Assembly: GCA_041666545.1 (NCBI GenBank)
Contig: JBAYGS010000001.1
Location: 217,942-281,941 of the forward strand
Origin: Minisyncoccota bacterium
Lineage (GTDB): Bacteria; Patescibacteriota; Minisyncoccia; Phycocordibacterales; JBAYGS01
Direction of reading: 5' to 3'
DNA length: 64,000 bases
Positions 32,606-41,248 of the stretch are shown here, in pieces. The translations under genes and the position numbers were made by a program. Under the pieces are notes generated by a model that did no database searches, was not told the DNA's origin, and saw only the letters and a list, made by a program, of their open reading frames with translations. How positions within the stretch are numbered: position 1 is the stretch's first letter; each line of letters starts with the position of its first letter.

Positions 32606-32650
32606 GGGGCTAAAACAAAAACTCCCTTGAGGGAGTTTTTGTTTTAGCCC
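32606..32650. repeat. hairpin GGGGCTAAAACAAAAACTCCC-TTGA-GGGAGTTTTTGTTTTAGCCC; 16-bp arms identical to hairpin at 47933
   Basis: Near-identical copy at 47933-47968. Confidence 0.75.
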
Positions 32651-32683
32651 AATTACAATTACTTATTTAGCATTTACGCTAAA

Positions 32684-32887
32684 TTACATTGCTTGGCCAG
32701 TACCGCAAGCCTTGCAATTGCCCTTATGGCTGAAAACTTCAACCAAAGCGGCTAGACCGACAAGGACATAAATCACCTTGGAGATCGTTGCTGCCTGTCC
32801 GCCGAAGATGACGCCAATATCCCAGCTAAAGAGGCCTACCAAAAGCCAGTTTAGACCACCGATGATAAGGAGGATAAAAGCGACCAT
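32684..32887 (-). CDS. DUF378 (YuzA-like) small membrane protein
   Basis: GGLNWLLVGLF...IYVLVGLAAL pattern; start at ATG 32887 with AAAGGA RBS (track 32902). Confidence 0.55.
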   Translation of the reverse strand: MVAFILLIIGGLNWLLVGLFSWDIGVIFGGQAATISKVIYVLVGLAALVEVFSHKGNCKACGTGQAM

Positions 32888-33051
32888 GTGTAATCCTTTC
32901 ATAACTTTTAATAAATTAACTATTAATGATCGACTTTAATTACCCCATTATTATACTCCTAAGTCCAAGAGGTAAACAGCGAGTAATACACAGGTCCAGG
33001 TATTTAAAAACCCCTCCCGCAAAAGTGCGCAAGGGGCGAAAAGCCAAGAAA

Positions 33052-33348
33052 TCAGGCCGCCATAACGACCCTTTTCCAGGCCGAACGCTTTTGGGGGCTG
33101 TTGAAAAGAAACGATACGTGGATTCCACGGGTATCAACTCGACAAAAAACCGTAAAATTCAAGCCGAGCTTCCGGCGATTTCCCGCAAGCATTGCCACCT
33201 GATGAGCCGGAACCCGCCAGAGGTTTCTGGCCTGGCCATCGCCACAAATGATTCCCGGACACTCCTCGGCATCCGGCACTTGCTCCGCGATGATTCGGTT
33301 GGTAGCTTCATCAGCTTCGATAAACCATTCAGTTTTGGCTTCACTCAT
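33052..33348 (-). CDS. hypothetical protein (98 aa)
   Basis: Strong RBS AAAGGTGA before ATG 33348; hairpin + T5 on minus strand at ~32992-33025. Confidence 0.5.
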   Translation of the reverse strand: MSEAKTEWFIEADEATNRIIAEQVPDAEECPGIICGDGQARNLWRVPAHQVAMLAGNRRKLGLNFTVFCRVDTRGIHVSFLFNSPQKRSAWKRVVMAA

Positions 33349-33413
33349 AAGTCACCTTTCTTTTTCTATCTATTTATACAATACAGCTAATTATCTGCGT
33401 GTCAATAACTAAT

Positions 33414-33442
33414 TTGACATCGCTAAGCCGGCACGGTATCAT
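33414..33442 (+). promoter_or_regulatory. candidate sigma-70 promoter TTGACA-17-TATCAT upstream of a 44-codon ORF and the MFS gene
   Basis: -35 33414-33419, -10 33437-33442. Confidence 0.45.
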
Positions 33443-33610
33443 ATTTCCATGCCTAATTTTTACGGCCAAATGAATATTAATAAGAACACCACCTATCCTC
33501 GTGGCACTTTTGGCGTTTCTCTTAATGACGCCGATTGTGAACGCTTATATTCAGCCGTAATTTTTTTAACTCCCCAATTTTAATTTAACCAGCTATTAAT
33601 TTTGCTTAGA

Positions 33611-33642
33611 AAAATCCCGGCTGAATGAAAGCCGGGATTTTT
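33611..33642 (+). terminator. intrinsic terminator AAAAATCCCGGC-TGAATGAAA-GCCGGGATTTTT located between the small ORF and the MFS gene
   Basis: Read in sequence. Confidence 0.7.
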
Positions 33643-33732
33643 CATTTTGCCTAAAGCCGCGTGGCTCGGCCAAAAAAATCTCAACCTTCATTCAGATTTG
33701 TTCTTTAAAAATTCAACCAGGAAAGCATAGTT

Positions 33733-34923
33733 ATGGCTAAACAAATTATCCATCGATATCTAGCATTAGTCGCTTTAGTGGGAATGTTTGGGACCGGCAT
33801 CGGCTCAGCAACTTACGTCTTATTTCTCAAATCTCATGGTTTGGACTTATTCGAAGTTAACCTAGTCAATGTAGCTTTTTTCACGACCTTATTCATCTGT
33901 GAAATCCCAACTGGGGCTTTCGCAGATGTCTTCGGAAGAAAGCCGTCCTTCATCATATCTTGTTTCCTCTATGCTTTAGGGCTAGGCGCCTACGCCTTTT
34001 CTCAAAGTTTTTGGGGATTCGTTATGGCAGAAATGGTTCTGGCTGTTGGGGCGACTTTTTCAAGCGGAGCATTCAGTGCTTGGCTAGTTGATAGTCTGAA
34101 ACACCACGGCCATGCTGAACCGCTTGCACCGATTTTCTCAAAAGCTGGAGCAATCGGCAGACTCGGCAGTATGGCTGGCGGACTGATAGGGGCTGTCATC
34201 GCTGAATGGGATTTGGCCTTACCCTGGTTTGTCGGATCAATCGGCATGTTCATAGTTGCCGGCTACAGCTTAATAGTTTTACGCGAAGACTATTTTGTCA
34301 AACAAAAACTGAACTGGCGTGAAGGTTGGCAGGCTTTTATTCGAACCGTCAAAACCAGCTTCCACTACAGTCGCAATAACCGGGCAATTAGATTTGTTCT
34401 GATTATTATGGCCCTTCAGTATGTGGTTGTAATGGCGCCGAATATGCAGTGGCAAATCTTTTTCCAGAATAGCGGAGTAAGCAAAAGTATTCTGGGAATG
34501 ATCTGGGTCGGAAACTTGACTCTCTGTATGATCGGATCAGCTTTGGCTCCAAGACTAATAAAAAAATTTCATGGCAACGAGCGAAAAGCTCTGCTTGCTT
34601 CTGAAATTTCTATTGGGATTCTGATCACCATTATGGGGCAATTTGGCAACTACGGATTAGCGATTGCTTTGTTCCTGCTCCACGAACTGCCTCGAGGCAT
34701 GGTTGTGCCCATCAAAGATGCTTACCTGAACAACAACATCGAATCGAAAGAGCGAGCTACAATCCTGTCCTTCGAATCGATTGCCCACCACTTCGGTGGT
34801 GCCATCGGCCTACTGTTAAGCGGACTGCTCGCCAGATCGGCTGGTATTCCCCTCACTTGGTTGGTTTTCGGTTCGTTCTTGGTGATCGGCACAACGCTCG
34901 TTGCCAAAAATGGCCGGCATTAG
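33733..34923 (+). CDS. MFS transporter
   Basis: 12 predicted TM segments; GRKP-like loop motif (DVFGRKPSF). Confidence 0.85.
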   Translation: MAKQIIHRYLALVALVGMFGTGIGSATYVLFLKSHGLDLFEVNLVNVAFFTTLFICEIPTGAFADVFGRKPSFIISCFLYALGLGAYAFSQSFWGFVMAEMVLAVGATFSSGAFSAWLVDSLKHHGHAEPLAPIFSKAGAIGRLGSMAGGLIGAVIAEWDLALPWFVGSIGMFIVAGYSLIVLREDYFVKQKLNWREGWQAFIRTVKTSFHYSRNNRAIRFVLIIMALQYVVVMAPNMQWQIFFQNSGVSKSILGMIWVGNLTLCMIGSALAPRLIKKFHGNERKALLASEISIGILITIMGQFGNYGLAIALFLLHELPRGMVVPIKDAYLNNNIESKERATILSFESIAHHFGGAIGLLLSGLLARSAGIPLTWLVFGSFLVIGTTLVAKNGRH

Positions 34924-35014
34924 TCGGCATTAGTTAGGTTCAGCCCGATTTTCGCAAAGCGAAAATCGGGCTTTTTGTTTGATTAATACGCTCATTTGTC
35001 ATATGATTTTATAT

Positions 35015-35791
35015 ATGGAAAATAATCTTGAGGCAAATCAGGGGGGTGATGAAAATCATGAGTCAGCCGAAAAAATGATTGACGCAGTAAAGATCTCTGC
35101 AATCTTTAGCGAAGAGGCAACACTAGAGACAATCGCCGAGAGACTTTTGTCAGACGGATCCATCTCCGGATTCACAATCGAGCCGGTAAAGTCTGGCTAT
35201 TTGTACAAGGGTGAGAAAGTTGCAGAAGGACAATTTTCCTTAAATATCCTGACTGAAGGTGACTTGACAAAAGGTCAGCACATTCGAGACGAAATTGAGA
35301 GGCAAATTGGCGACAAATGGGATGTACCGGCCATCACAGAGGAACAGGTCAGAATAAACGAGAAATTTTTAACATTTATTGAAAGAGCCGGAGTCGAGCA
35401 TAAAAAATACGTTGGTGAGAAAAAAAAGAAACTGGCTATTGCCCTATCCGGATTATTGGCCATTGCTGCAGCTCTAGGTTGGATCGGCAAGAAATATGGA
35501 GACGAGAGAGCGAGCGAAGCTGCCAGAGTCTCAGCAAAAAGTGAAAAGACGGAAGCGGAGAAAAAAATATATAAACTTACTGAGGATGTTAGATTTAAAA
35601 TTGTTGATATAGAACGAAAAATAAACGAAGTAACAGAACTGCTTCCGCAGGACCTTAAAAAGCGAGCTCAGGAGGAAATATTCCATTCTGCAAAAACTGA
35701 TATGGCTGTTGCAGGTTTTGACGAGACAGATGAAATTGTAAAAAAGATGCAGGATTTAACCCTTGAAATGGGCAAACTGGCAGAAAAATAA
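35015..35791 (+). CDS. CutA/PII-like fold domain fused to a TM segment and a C-terminal coiled coil (start uncertain)
   Basis: N-domain resembles CutA1 (AVKISAIFSEEATLETIAERLL..SGYLYKGEKV.EGQFSLNILT); central hydrophobic LAIALSGLLAIAAALGWIG; Lys/Glu-rich tail. Confidence 0.4.
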   Translation: MENNLEANQGGDENHESAEKMIDAVKISAIFSEEATLETIAERLLSDGSISGFTIEPVKSGYLYKGEKVAEGQFSLNILTEGDLTKGQHIRDEIERQIGDKWDVPAITEEQVRINEKFLTFIERAGVEHKKYVGEKKKKLAIALSGLLAIAAALGWIGKKYGDERASEAARVSAKSEKTEAEKKIYKLTEDVRFKIVDIERKINEVTELLPQDLKKRAQEEIFHSAKTDMAVAGFDETDEIVKKMQDLTLEMGKLAEK

Positions 35792-35848
35792 ACCTCGTTT
35801 CTTTCCCCATACCATATACTCTATACTTAATACTTTATACTTCCTACC

Positions 35849-36565
35849 ATGTCTCGCCTTGATGTCGAATTAGTGAATCGCGGTTTGGCTCGAAGTCGGA
35901 CTATCGCTCAAACCTTAATTGAACAGGGTGCGGTTTTGCTAAACGAACAGCCGGCCGAAAAATCCAGCACCAACATCTCCCCGATCGATAAACTGGAAGT
36001 TATTGCCGATTTGCCATACGTCAGCCGAGCTGGAGTCAAACTGGAAAAAGCCCTGGATGAATTTGAACTAAATCCTAGCGGTTTAGTCGTACTTGATGTT
36101 GGCTCTTCAACCGGTGGTTTTACCGATTGCCTAATTCAGAATGGTGCAATCAAAGTCTACGCCGTCGATGTTGGCACCGGCCAACTTAATCCGGAATTAA
36201 AGAAAAATCTAAAAGTAGTTTCAATCGAGCAAACCGACATTCGCAATCTGGCTTCCATACCGGAACAGGCAGATTTGGCAGTAATCGATGTCTCTTTTAT
36301 CTCCCTAACCAAAGTCTTACCGGCCGTCAAAAAATTCTTAAAACCTCAAGCTAAAATTATTGCTTTAGTCAAACCCCAATTTGAAGTCGGGCCGGATATT
36401 GTGAATAAAAAGGGTGTAGTCGCCGATGTGAAAATCCGAGAAAAAGCTCTGCAAGATGTAATCGCTTGGACCGAACAAAACGGTTTTGTTTTCTTGAAAC
36501 AAATCGAGTCCCCGATCCACGGCACCGACGGCAACACGGAGTATCTGATTTATTTATCAATCTAA
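35849..36565 (+). CDS. tlyA: TlyA-family rRNA (cytidine-2'-O)-methyltransferase with S4 domain
   Basis: S4 N-terminus (RLDVELVNRGLARSR), FtsJ-like LDVGSSTGGFTDCL. Confidence 0.85.
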   Translation: MSRLDVELVNRGLARSRTIAQTLIEQGAVLLNEQPAEKSSTNISPIDKLEVIADLPYVSRAGVKLEKALDEFELNPSGLVVLDVGSSTGGFTDCLIQNGAIKVYAVDVGTGQLNPELKKNLKVVSIEQTDIRNLASIPEQADLAVIDVSFISLTKVLPAVKKFLKPQAKIIALVKPQFEVGPDIVNKKGVVADVKIREKALQDVIAWTEQNGFVFLKQIESPIHGTDGNTEYLIYLSI

Positions 36566-36609
36566 AAACCATTCTGGAATTCTCAAGAACTTCAGAATAG
36601 TTGAAAATT

Positions 36610-36635
36610 AAAAAACCCCCGGATTGCTCCGAGGG
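36610..36635 (-). terminator. probable intrinsic terminator (CCCCCGG..CCGAGGG hairpin + T-tract on minus strand) after GHKL gene
   Basis: One mismatch in stem. Confidence 0.5.
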
Positions 36636-36645
36636 TTACCACTTT

Positions 36646-38331
36646 TTAATCAGTGGAATTTTTCTTGCGACCTGCCAACATTAGACCAACGAAAGGCCCG
36701 ATGAGTTCGGCAAGGGTCAAACGGCTAGTGTCCCGCCAATCACCGCGCGGGATAGTTTGCAGGACGAGAGCGTGAATCAGGATATGCAGTTGGAGTTCTT
36801 CCAACCGGCGATCCGATGATTCACAGGCCACCCAATGGGGATGCCGGATATTGATGTGGAGTACGCCAGCTTCAGCGTCCAACTGCCAAAGATCATCCGA
36901 ACCTTCCATCAAACTGTGATTGAAGCGGAGACCGAGACTGTTGCGCTTGACCGGCACCCGAAGACCACCACTAGGAGAATCGACCACGAGCGGATGATGC
37001 TCTGGCTTTTCATCTGTCGGTGGCTTCGGCACCGCGACCGGATCAGGATCCTTGCTCGGTTCCTTTTCCTTACCGGCGCCACCTCCGACTGCCGTACCAG
37101 TAAACTCCTCGCCCTCAAGCACCTTCGTGTCATCGGGTTTAGTGTGTCTGGTACCAACACTGCCAATCTTGAAACTCTTAATGACGCCGAGCAGGCCCGC
37201 GAAAGCTTCAGTCTTAATCACCGACTGAAATCGCTCGAGAGTTTGAATTCCCAAACGAACATAGCGCTCTTCGGTTTGAGTCTTAACCGTCTCTTCGTAG
37301 TAGCTTGAACCGACGCCGACAAACCAGGCATTAATTGCCGTACAAAAGCCCCTCAAGGCTTCGTTGGCAATGAACTTCTCCCGGCCGACATGCAGCTCAA
37401 GCTTGGTGCCGACAATTTCGCCCTCGAAAACTCCGGAGGACAGTGCTTCCGCCACGTCCGGCAGAAGCCAATCCTCATCTTTCACCTGACGAAGCATCTT
37501 CGAGAGAGCGAATGTGTAAGGATTGTTGACAATCCCGACTTTTACCACGCCCCGCCGCCGACCACGCTGATCAGCTTGAGCAAGCCAGAGCCGAAAGTAG
37601 CTCATCCCGCAGGCAGGATCATCGATAAACTCGTCGGTCAGTTGTTTGCCGGTATAGGCCCGACCTGAAAAGCTGCCTCTGGCAAGCTCGCCATCTTCGT
37701 CAACGAAATCGACAAACACCACAACCTTATGCTTCAACAGCACGACATTGTAGCGCTCGATAATTCCGGAACGAAGCGACTCGGTAGACATCCGGCGCGT
37801 AATCGCGTCAGTCGTAGTTTCGTAGAGTCGAACTTCAGTGTTCCACTCCACATCACGAATATCACGCCGCAAACGGTTGGGAATATAGATCTCGCCAACC
37901 TGGCGACGAATGTCTTCGGTCACGAATTCCCACTCGACAAAATGGTCGGAACTGCCTCTCAACTTTGAAATGAAGGTGTTCCGTTTGCATTTGCCAAGAG
38001 GACTGATGAGACCTTGGCCAAACCGACCAAACTTGTCGGTCACATCAATCTTGGATGAAACCAAGCAGGAAGTCAGCGCCCTGTCGAAGTTTTCCCGACT
38101 CGTGCCGCCGCCGTTATCCCGAATGATGATTTGGTTCTTTTTCTGATCGACATAGATCCAGATTTTGGTTGCGTTAACATCCAAAGCGTTCTGGACCTGT
38201 TCGAAAATGACGAGCGGTAGTGTCCGATAATCTTCGGCAAACCGCAGGAGTCCAATTCCTAACGGATAAGCCACCCGGCTAAGGTTGCGAGTGCCACTTG
38301 TAGGCGACAGCTCAACTGTTGCAGTGCTCAT
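36646..38331 (-). CDS. GHKL/Bergerat-fold ATPase (HATPase_c) protein, 561 aa, no kinase, MutL or Hsp90 accessory domains recognisable
   Basis: N-box EQVQNALDVNAT, G1 box IRDNGGG, G2 box GRFGQGLIS; CGAGGAAAAAAATG RBS; 15 nt after the HTH gene. Confidence 0.75.
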   Translation of the reverse strand: MSTATVELSPTSGTRNLSRVAYPLGIGLLRFAEDYRTLPLVIFEQVQNALDVNATKIWIYVDQKKNQIIIRDNGGGTSRENFDRALTSCLVSSKIDVTDKFGRFGQGLISPLGKCKRNTFISKLRGSSDHFVEWEFVTEDIRRQVGEIYIPNRLRRDIRDVEWNTEVRLYETTTDAITRRMSTESLRSGIIERYNVVLLKHKVVVFVDFVDEDGELARGSFSGRAYTGKQLTDEFIDDPACGMSYFRLWLAQADQRGRRRGVVKVGIVNNPYTFALSKMLRQVKDEDWLLPDVAEALSSGVFEGEIVGTKLELHVGREKFIANEALRGFCTAINAWFVGVGSSYYEETVKTQTEERYVRLGIQTLERFQSVIKTEAFAGLLGVIKSFKIGSVGTRHTKPDDTKVLEGEEFTGTAVGGGAGKEKEPSKDPDPVAVPKPPTDEKPEHHPLVVDSPSGGLRVPVKRNSLGLRFNHSLMEGSDDLWQLDAEAGVLHINIRHPHWVACESSDRRLEELQLHILIHALVLQTIPRGDWRDTSRLTLAELIGPFVGLMLAGRKKNSTD

Positions 38332-38345
38332 TTTTTTCCTCGTGT

Positions 38346-39047
38346 TTAGCGTTTATCAGCTCCGCGAGCTTTTTCGCCGCAGAGTCGATTGAGATGATTC
38401 GCGAGCTTAAAGATGCTGGTCGCACCGGCCAACTCCCTGAGTTTGTTTCTCTCTTCCGGAGTAAAACCGTCCGAAACCACCAACTGGGCGAGTGGCAAAA
38501 TTGCCTGAACCTGGAAGGCCAAGGCCGAGATTATAAGATCGTGACTGAGATCGGTGTGAATGTTGGCTTCGAATACCGGAACAACTTGCTCTCCCGCCGA
38601 CGACGATTCGCCGGCCGTGAAGACCCGGATTTTCTGAACCAATTCGGCTTGCTTCAGGGCCAGAAATTCCGCAATCTTTTTGAGCCGAACAGGATAAACT
38701 CCGGACCGACCCAAAAGAACTCGCATCAGCGAGTGCGCATTGGGATAGTCCGCAACCTTGGCCGCCTCCCCGAAAGTTATGACCTTAAAGGCCACCAACC
38801 TGCCCAATTCCAACACTTCAGGACTAATCCCTTTCAGTTCGGAAACTTCACAACCGTGGGCATCCAAAAAGTAGCGGAGCCTGACCAAGTTTTCGCCTTC
38901 TGGCATTCTCTTGGTGACAATCCAGTTTTGGACAGTATTCGGATGAAGACCGGTGAATTCCACAATCTTGGCAATTTCCAACGGGTGCTTCGAAACCAAC
39001 TCTGTAAAGCAAAACTCTACACTTCCAGATATTTTTTCCATTTGCAT
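38346..39047 (-). CDS. HTH-domain protein (233 aa)
   Basis: Helix-turn-helix-like LEIAKIVEFTGLHPNTVQNWI; GAGAAAGG RBS; own promoter upstream. Confidence 0.5.
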   Translation of the reverse strand: MQMEKISGSVEFCFTELVSKHPLEIAKIVEFTGLHPNTVQNWIVTKRMPEGENLVRLRYFLDAHGCEVSELKGISPEVLELGRLVAFKVITFGEAAKVADYPNAHSLMRVLLGRSGVYPVRLKKIAEFLALKQAELVQKIRVFTAGESSSAGEQVVPVFEANIHTDLSHDLIISALAFQVQAILPLAQLVVSDGFTPEERNKLRELAGATSIFKLANHLNRLCGEKARGADKR

Positions 39048-39114
39048 CCTTTCTCATTAACTAGCGTTTTCAAAAGCTAAAAGCGTTGGCTTTGAGCTAA
39101 ACTATTCTGTCCTA

Positions 39115-39142
39115 AATATACATAACTAACTAGATTTGTCAA
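39115..39142 (-). promoter_or_regulatory. candidate sigma-70 promoter TTGACA-16-TATATT for the HTH-GHKL unit
   Basis: Minus-strand TTGACAAATCTAGTTAGTTATGTATATT. Confidence 0.45.
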
Positions 39143-39162
39143 CAATTTTTGGTATTTAAAAA

Positions 39163-39182
39163 CCCGCCACTTTGGGCGGGTT
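39163..39182 (-). terminator. intrinsic terminator AACCCGCC-CAAAGT-GGCGGGTT + T5 after the ParB-like gene
   Basis: Read in sequence. Confidence 0.7.
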
Positions 39183-39207
39183 GTCTCACTCGAAAAACTT
39201 TGACGAA

Positions 39208-40050
39208 TTAGGGCTTCTTTCCCGGCTTGGCCAGTTTGCGGTTGGCATCAAAAGATGCCTCAAACCGTCGTTCCCATTCCTTGAATGACTTCTCCGTCCG
39301 CCTGACCAAACGCTTCACGTGGCAGATAATCGCCTTGGCTGAAGTCTCCGAGATGGTACCATCATCAACACCATTCTTGAGTGTCCTCATTTGGCGAGCC
39401 ACACTCGCCGAATGACTACGGAACTTGGTACTGAAGGCCGCGTTGAATTCTCCGGCACCGATTTTCTTGACCGGCTTGCCCGACAATTTGCCCCGAAGAG
39501 TCCGACCGTCGACCTCGTATCTCGCCGCCGCCTCCACAACCGTGAGCCCTTCGTCAACAACTGCGTGGACTGCTTGATTGAGCCGCGCCTCGGCAATGTT
39601 TGACTTGGCATCATCCACTACCCGAATGGCAAATTCGCGCGGGAAGCCGCTGATTCCAATCAGCTGATCGATAATCTGGCGCCGCGTCTGCTTTTGTTTG
39701 AAAAGCAACTCGGCGGTATGGACCAAATCCTGTTGAGTCGGCGGCAGAGACCCGCCCAGATTGGCTTGGCAAGCCAGAACGATGAGCTTCGTCCGGTCTT
39801 GCTCCTTCGCAATGCCGAATTCAGCTTCAACCACTTCAAGGCGCTCGAGGGCCGCGAAGCGATGCCGACCATCCACCAGATTGTCAGACTGATCAATTAC
39901 CGGCAGATCAACCGCCGCCTTAGCCGCGTAAAGGCCCATAAAAAAAGCCACTCGACTTTCAATGAGGTGAGTCCGGACATAAAACGGCACTTTGACAACT
40001 GCAAGCTTGCGATTTTCCCGACGACTGATTTCAATACCGTTGAGTTGCAC
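39208..40050 (-). CDS. ParB/sulfiredoxin-fold (ParB N-terminal nuclease-like) domain protein
   Basis: PVIDQSDNLVDGRHRFAALERL matches the ParB-N DGxHR core; GTG start with GAAAGGA RBS. Confidence 0.55.
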   Translation of the reverse strand: MQLNGIEISRRENRKLAVVKVPFYVRTHLIESRVAFFMGLYAAKAAVDLPVIDQSDNLVDGRHRFAALERLEVVEAEFGIAKEQDRTKLIVLACQANLGGSLPPTQQDLVHTAELLFKQKQTRRQIIDQLIGISGFPREFAIRVVDDAKSNIAEARLNQAVHAVVDEGLTVVEAAARYEVDGRTLRGKLSGKPVKKIGAGEFNAAFSTKFRSHSASVARQMRTLKNGVDDGTISETSAKAIICHVKRLVRRTEKSFKEWERRFEASFDANRKLAKPGKKP

Positions 40051-40099
40051 ACTAATCCTTTCGTTGAGTTAAACTTGTTGTTTTCGAACTTCTTTTCGC

Positions 40100-40128
40100 A
40101 GTATACACAGATAGCAAGTCCTGTCAAT
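40100..40128 (-). promoter_or_regulatory. candidate sigma-70 promoter TTGACA-17-TATACT for the ParB-like gene
   Basis: Minus-strand TTGACAGGACTTGCTATCTGTGTATACT. Confidence 0.45.
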
Positions 40129-40147
40129 ATTTACAATAGTTTTTTAA

Positions 40148-40801
40148 TTAGTTTAATTTTTCGGCTTGTCCGATTGAAAAATCGCCGATTTGGGTCCGCC
40201 TTAATGCCTGAAGGGTGGCCGGTAGGCCTAGTTTATAACCAATTTCTTCGGCCAGAGTACGAATGTAGGTGCCACTGCCGACTTCAAAATCAGCCTTGAT
40301 AATCTGATACTGACCGTCTTGTAAAAAACTCTTAAGAATTATTTTTTTCACTGTCATCGGCTTTTTGGGTAGCTCAATTTTCTCTCCCCGCCGAGCTTTT
40401 TTGTAAAGCGCTTCCCCACCCTGTTTGATTGCTGAATACGCCGGCACGGCAAACTCGTGCGTGCCGATTAGCTCCTTAAGTGCCACTTTTAAAGCCTCGG
40501 CTGTAACCTGGGCAGAAACCGTCTCCAAAATTTTCCCCTGAAGATCACCTGTATCAGTTTTCACGCCTAACAAAATTCCCGCCTCGTACACTTTTGGTAA
40601 TTTAAGAAATTCATTCAGCCTCTTGGTAGCTGGGCCATAGGCAATAATCATTAAGCCAGAAGCCATCGGGTCAAGTGTGCCGGCGTGACCCATCTTCCAT
40701 TTTGGTTCACCTTTTTTGGCGCCGAATTTAGTCCTTAGCCGACGAATCACATCGAAAGAAGTGATGCCGGACGGTTTATCAATTAGAATTATTCCTTCCA
40801 T
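40148..40801 (-). CDS. truB: tRNA pseudouridine(55) synthase
   Basis: ILIDKPSGITSFDV..GHAGTLDPMASGLL catalytic motif. Confidence 0.9.
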   Translation of the reverse strand: MEGIILIDKPSGITSFDVIRRLRTKFGAKKGEPKWKMGHAGTLDPMASGLMIIAYGPATKRLNEFLKLPKVYEAGILLGVKTDTGDLQGKILETVSAQVTAEALKVALKELIGTHEFAVPAYSAIKQGGEALYKKARRGEKIELPKKPMTVKKIILKSFLQDGQYQIIKADFEVGSGTYIRTLAEEIGYKLGLPATLQALRRTQIGDFSIGQAEKLN

Positions 40802-40906
40802 AAGCCAATTCTAGGCAAAGTTGAAGGAAAAACAAGCCCTGCCTCCGGCTTTTAGAGCTTTTAACGGCTCAAATGGTGGAAATGAGCCGTTAACTAAAAT
40901 GTAGAT

Positions 40907-41245
40907 TTAAGCCAACTGTCGACGCAACATTAAGCCGTCAGTGATTCTAAGTGACCGATAAATATCCCGAATCAGAAAAAGTCCAGAGGCTAAAATCGCC
41001 AAAATCGATAACTGAACAATAAAATCAGTGCGCAAAAATGCCTGGGCAAAAAATTCGATTGCCGCCAAGCGGTCGGCCACACCCATCGAGTTGGCAACCA
41101 CATGACCGACCGAGACCAGGGAGGCTGTGAGACCGGTAAAGAGCACGACGGCCGAGATCTCCAAAACTACAGGCTGGAAAACCCGCTTTAGATAGAAAAG
41201 GAACTTGACCCTCGCCATGACATTTTGTTTGATAGTTTGAGACAT
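40907..41245 (-). CDS. small membrane protein downstream of the ECF sigma factor (possible anti-sigma factor)
   Basis: Two or three TM segments; 3-nt gap to sigma gene. Confidence 0.4.
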   Translation of the reverse strand: MSQTIKQNVMARVKFLFYLKRVFQPVVLEISAVVLFTGLTASLVSVGHVVANSMGVADRLAAIEFFAQAFLRTDFIVQLSILAILASGLFLIRDIYRSLRITDGLMLRRQLA

Positions 41246-41248
41246 TTT

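Noticed and set aside
32926-33390. Plus-strand 154-aa ORF 32926..33390
   Set aside because: It has no RBS and a low-complexity basic sequence. The antisense minus-strand ORF 33052..33348 has a strong AAAGGTGA SD and its own terminator.
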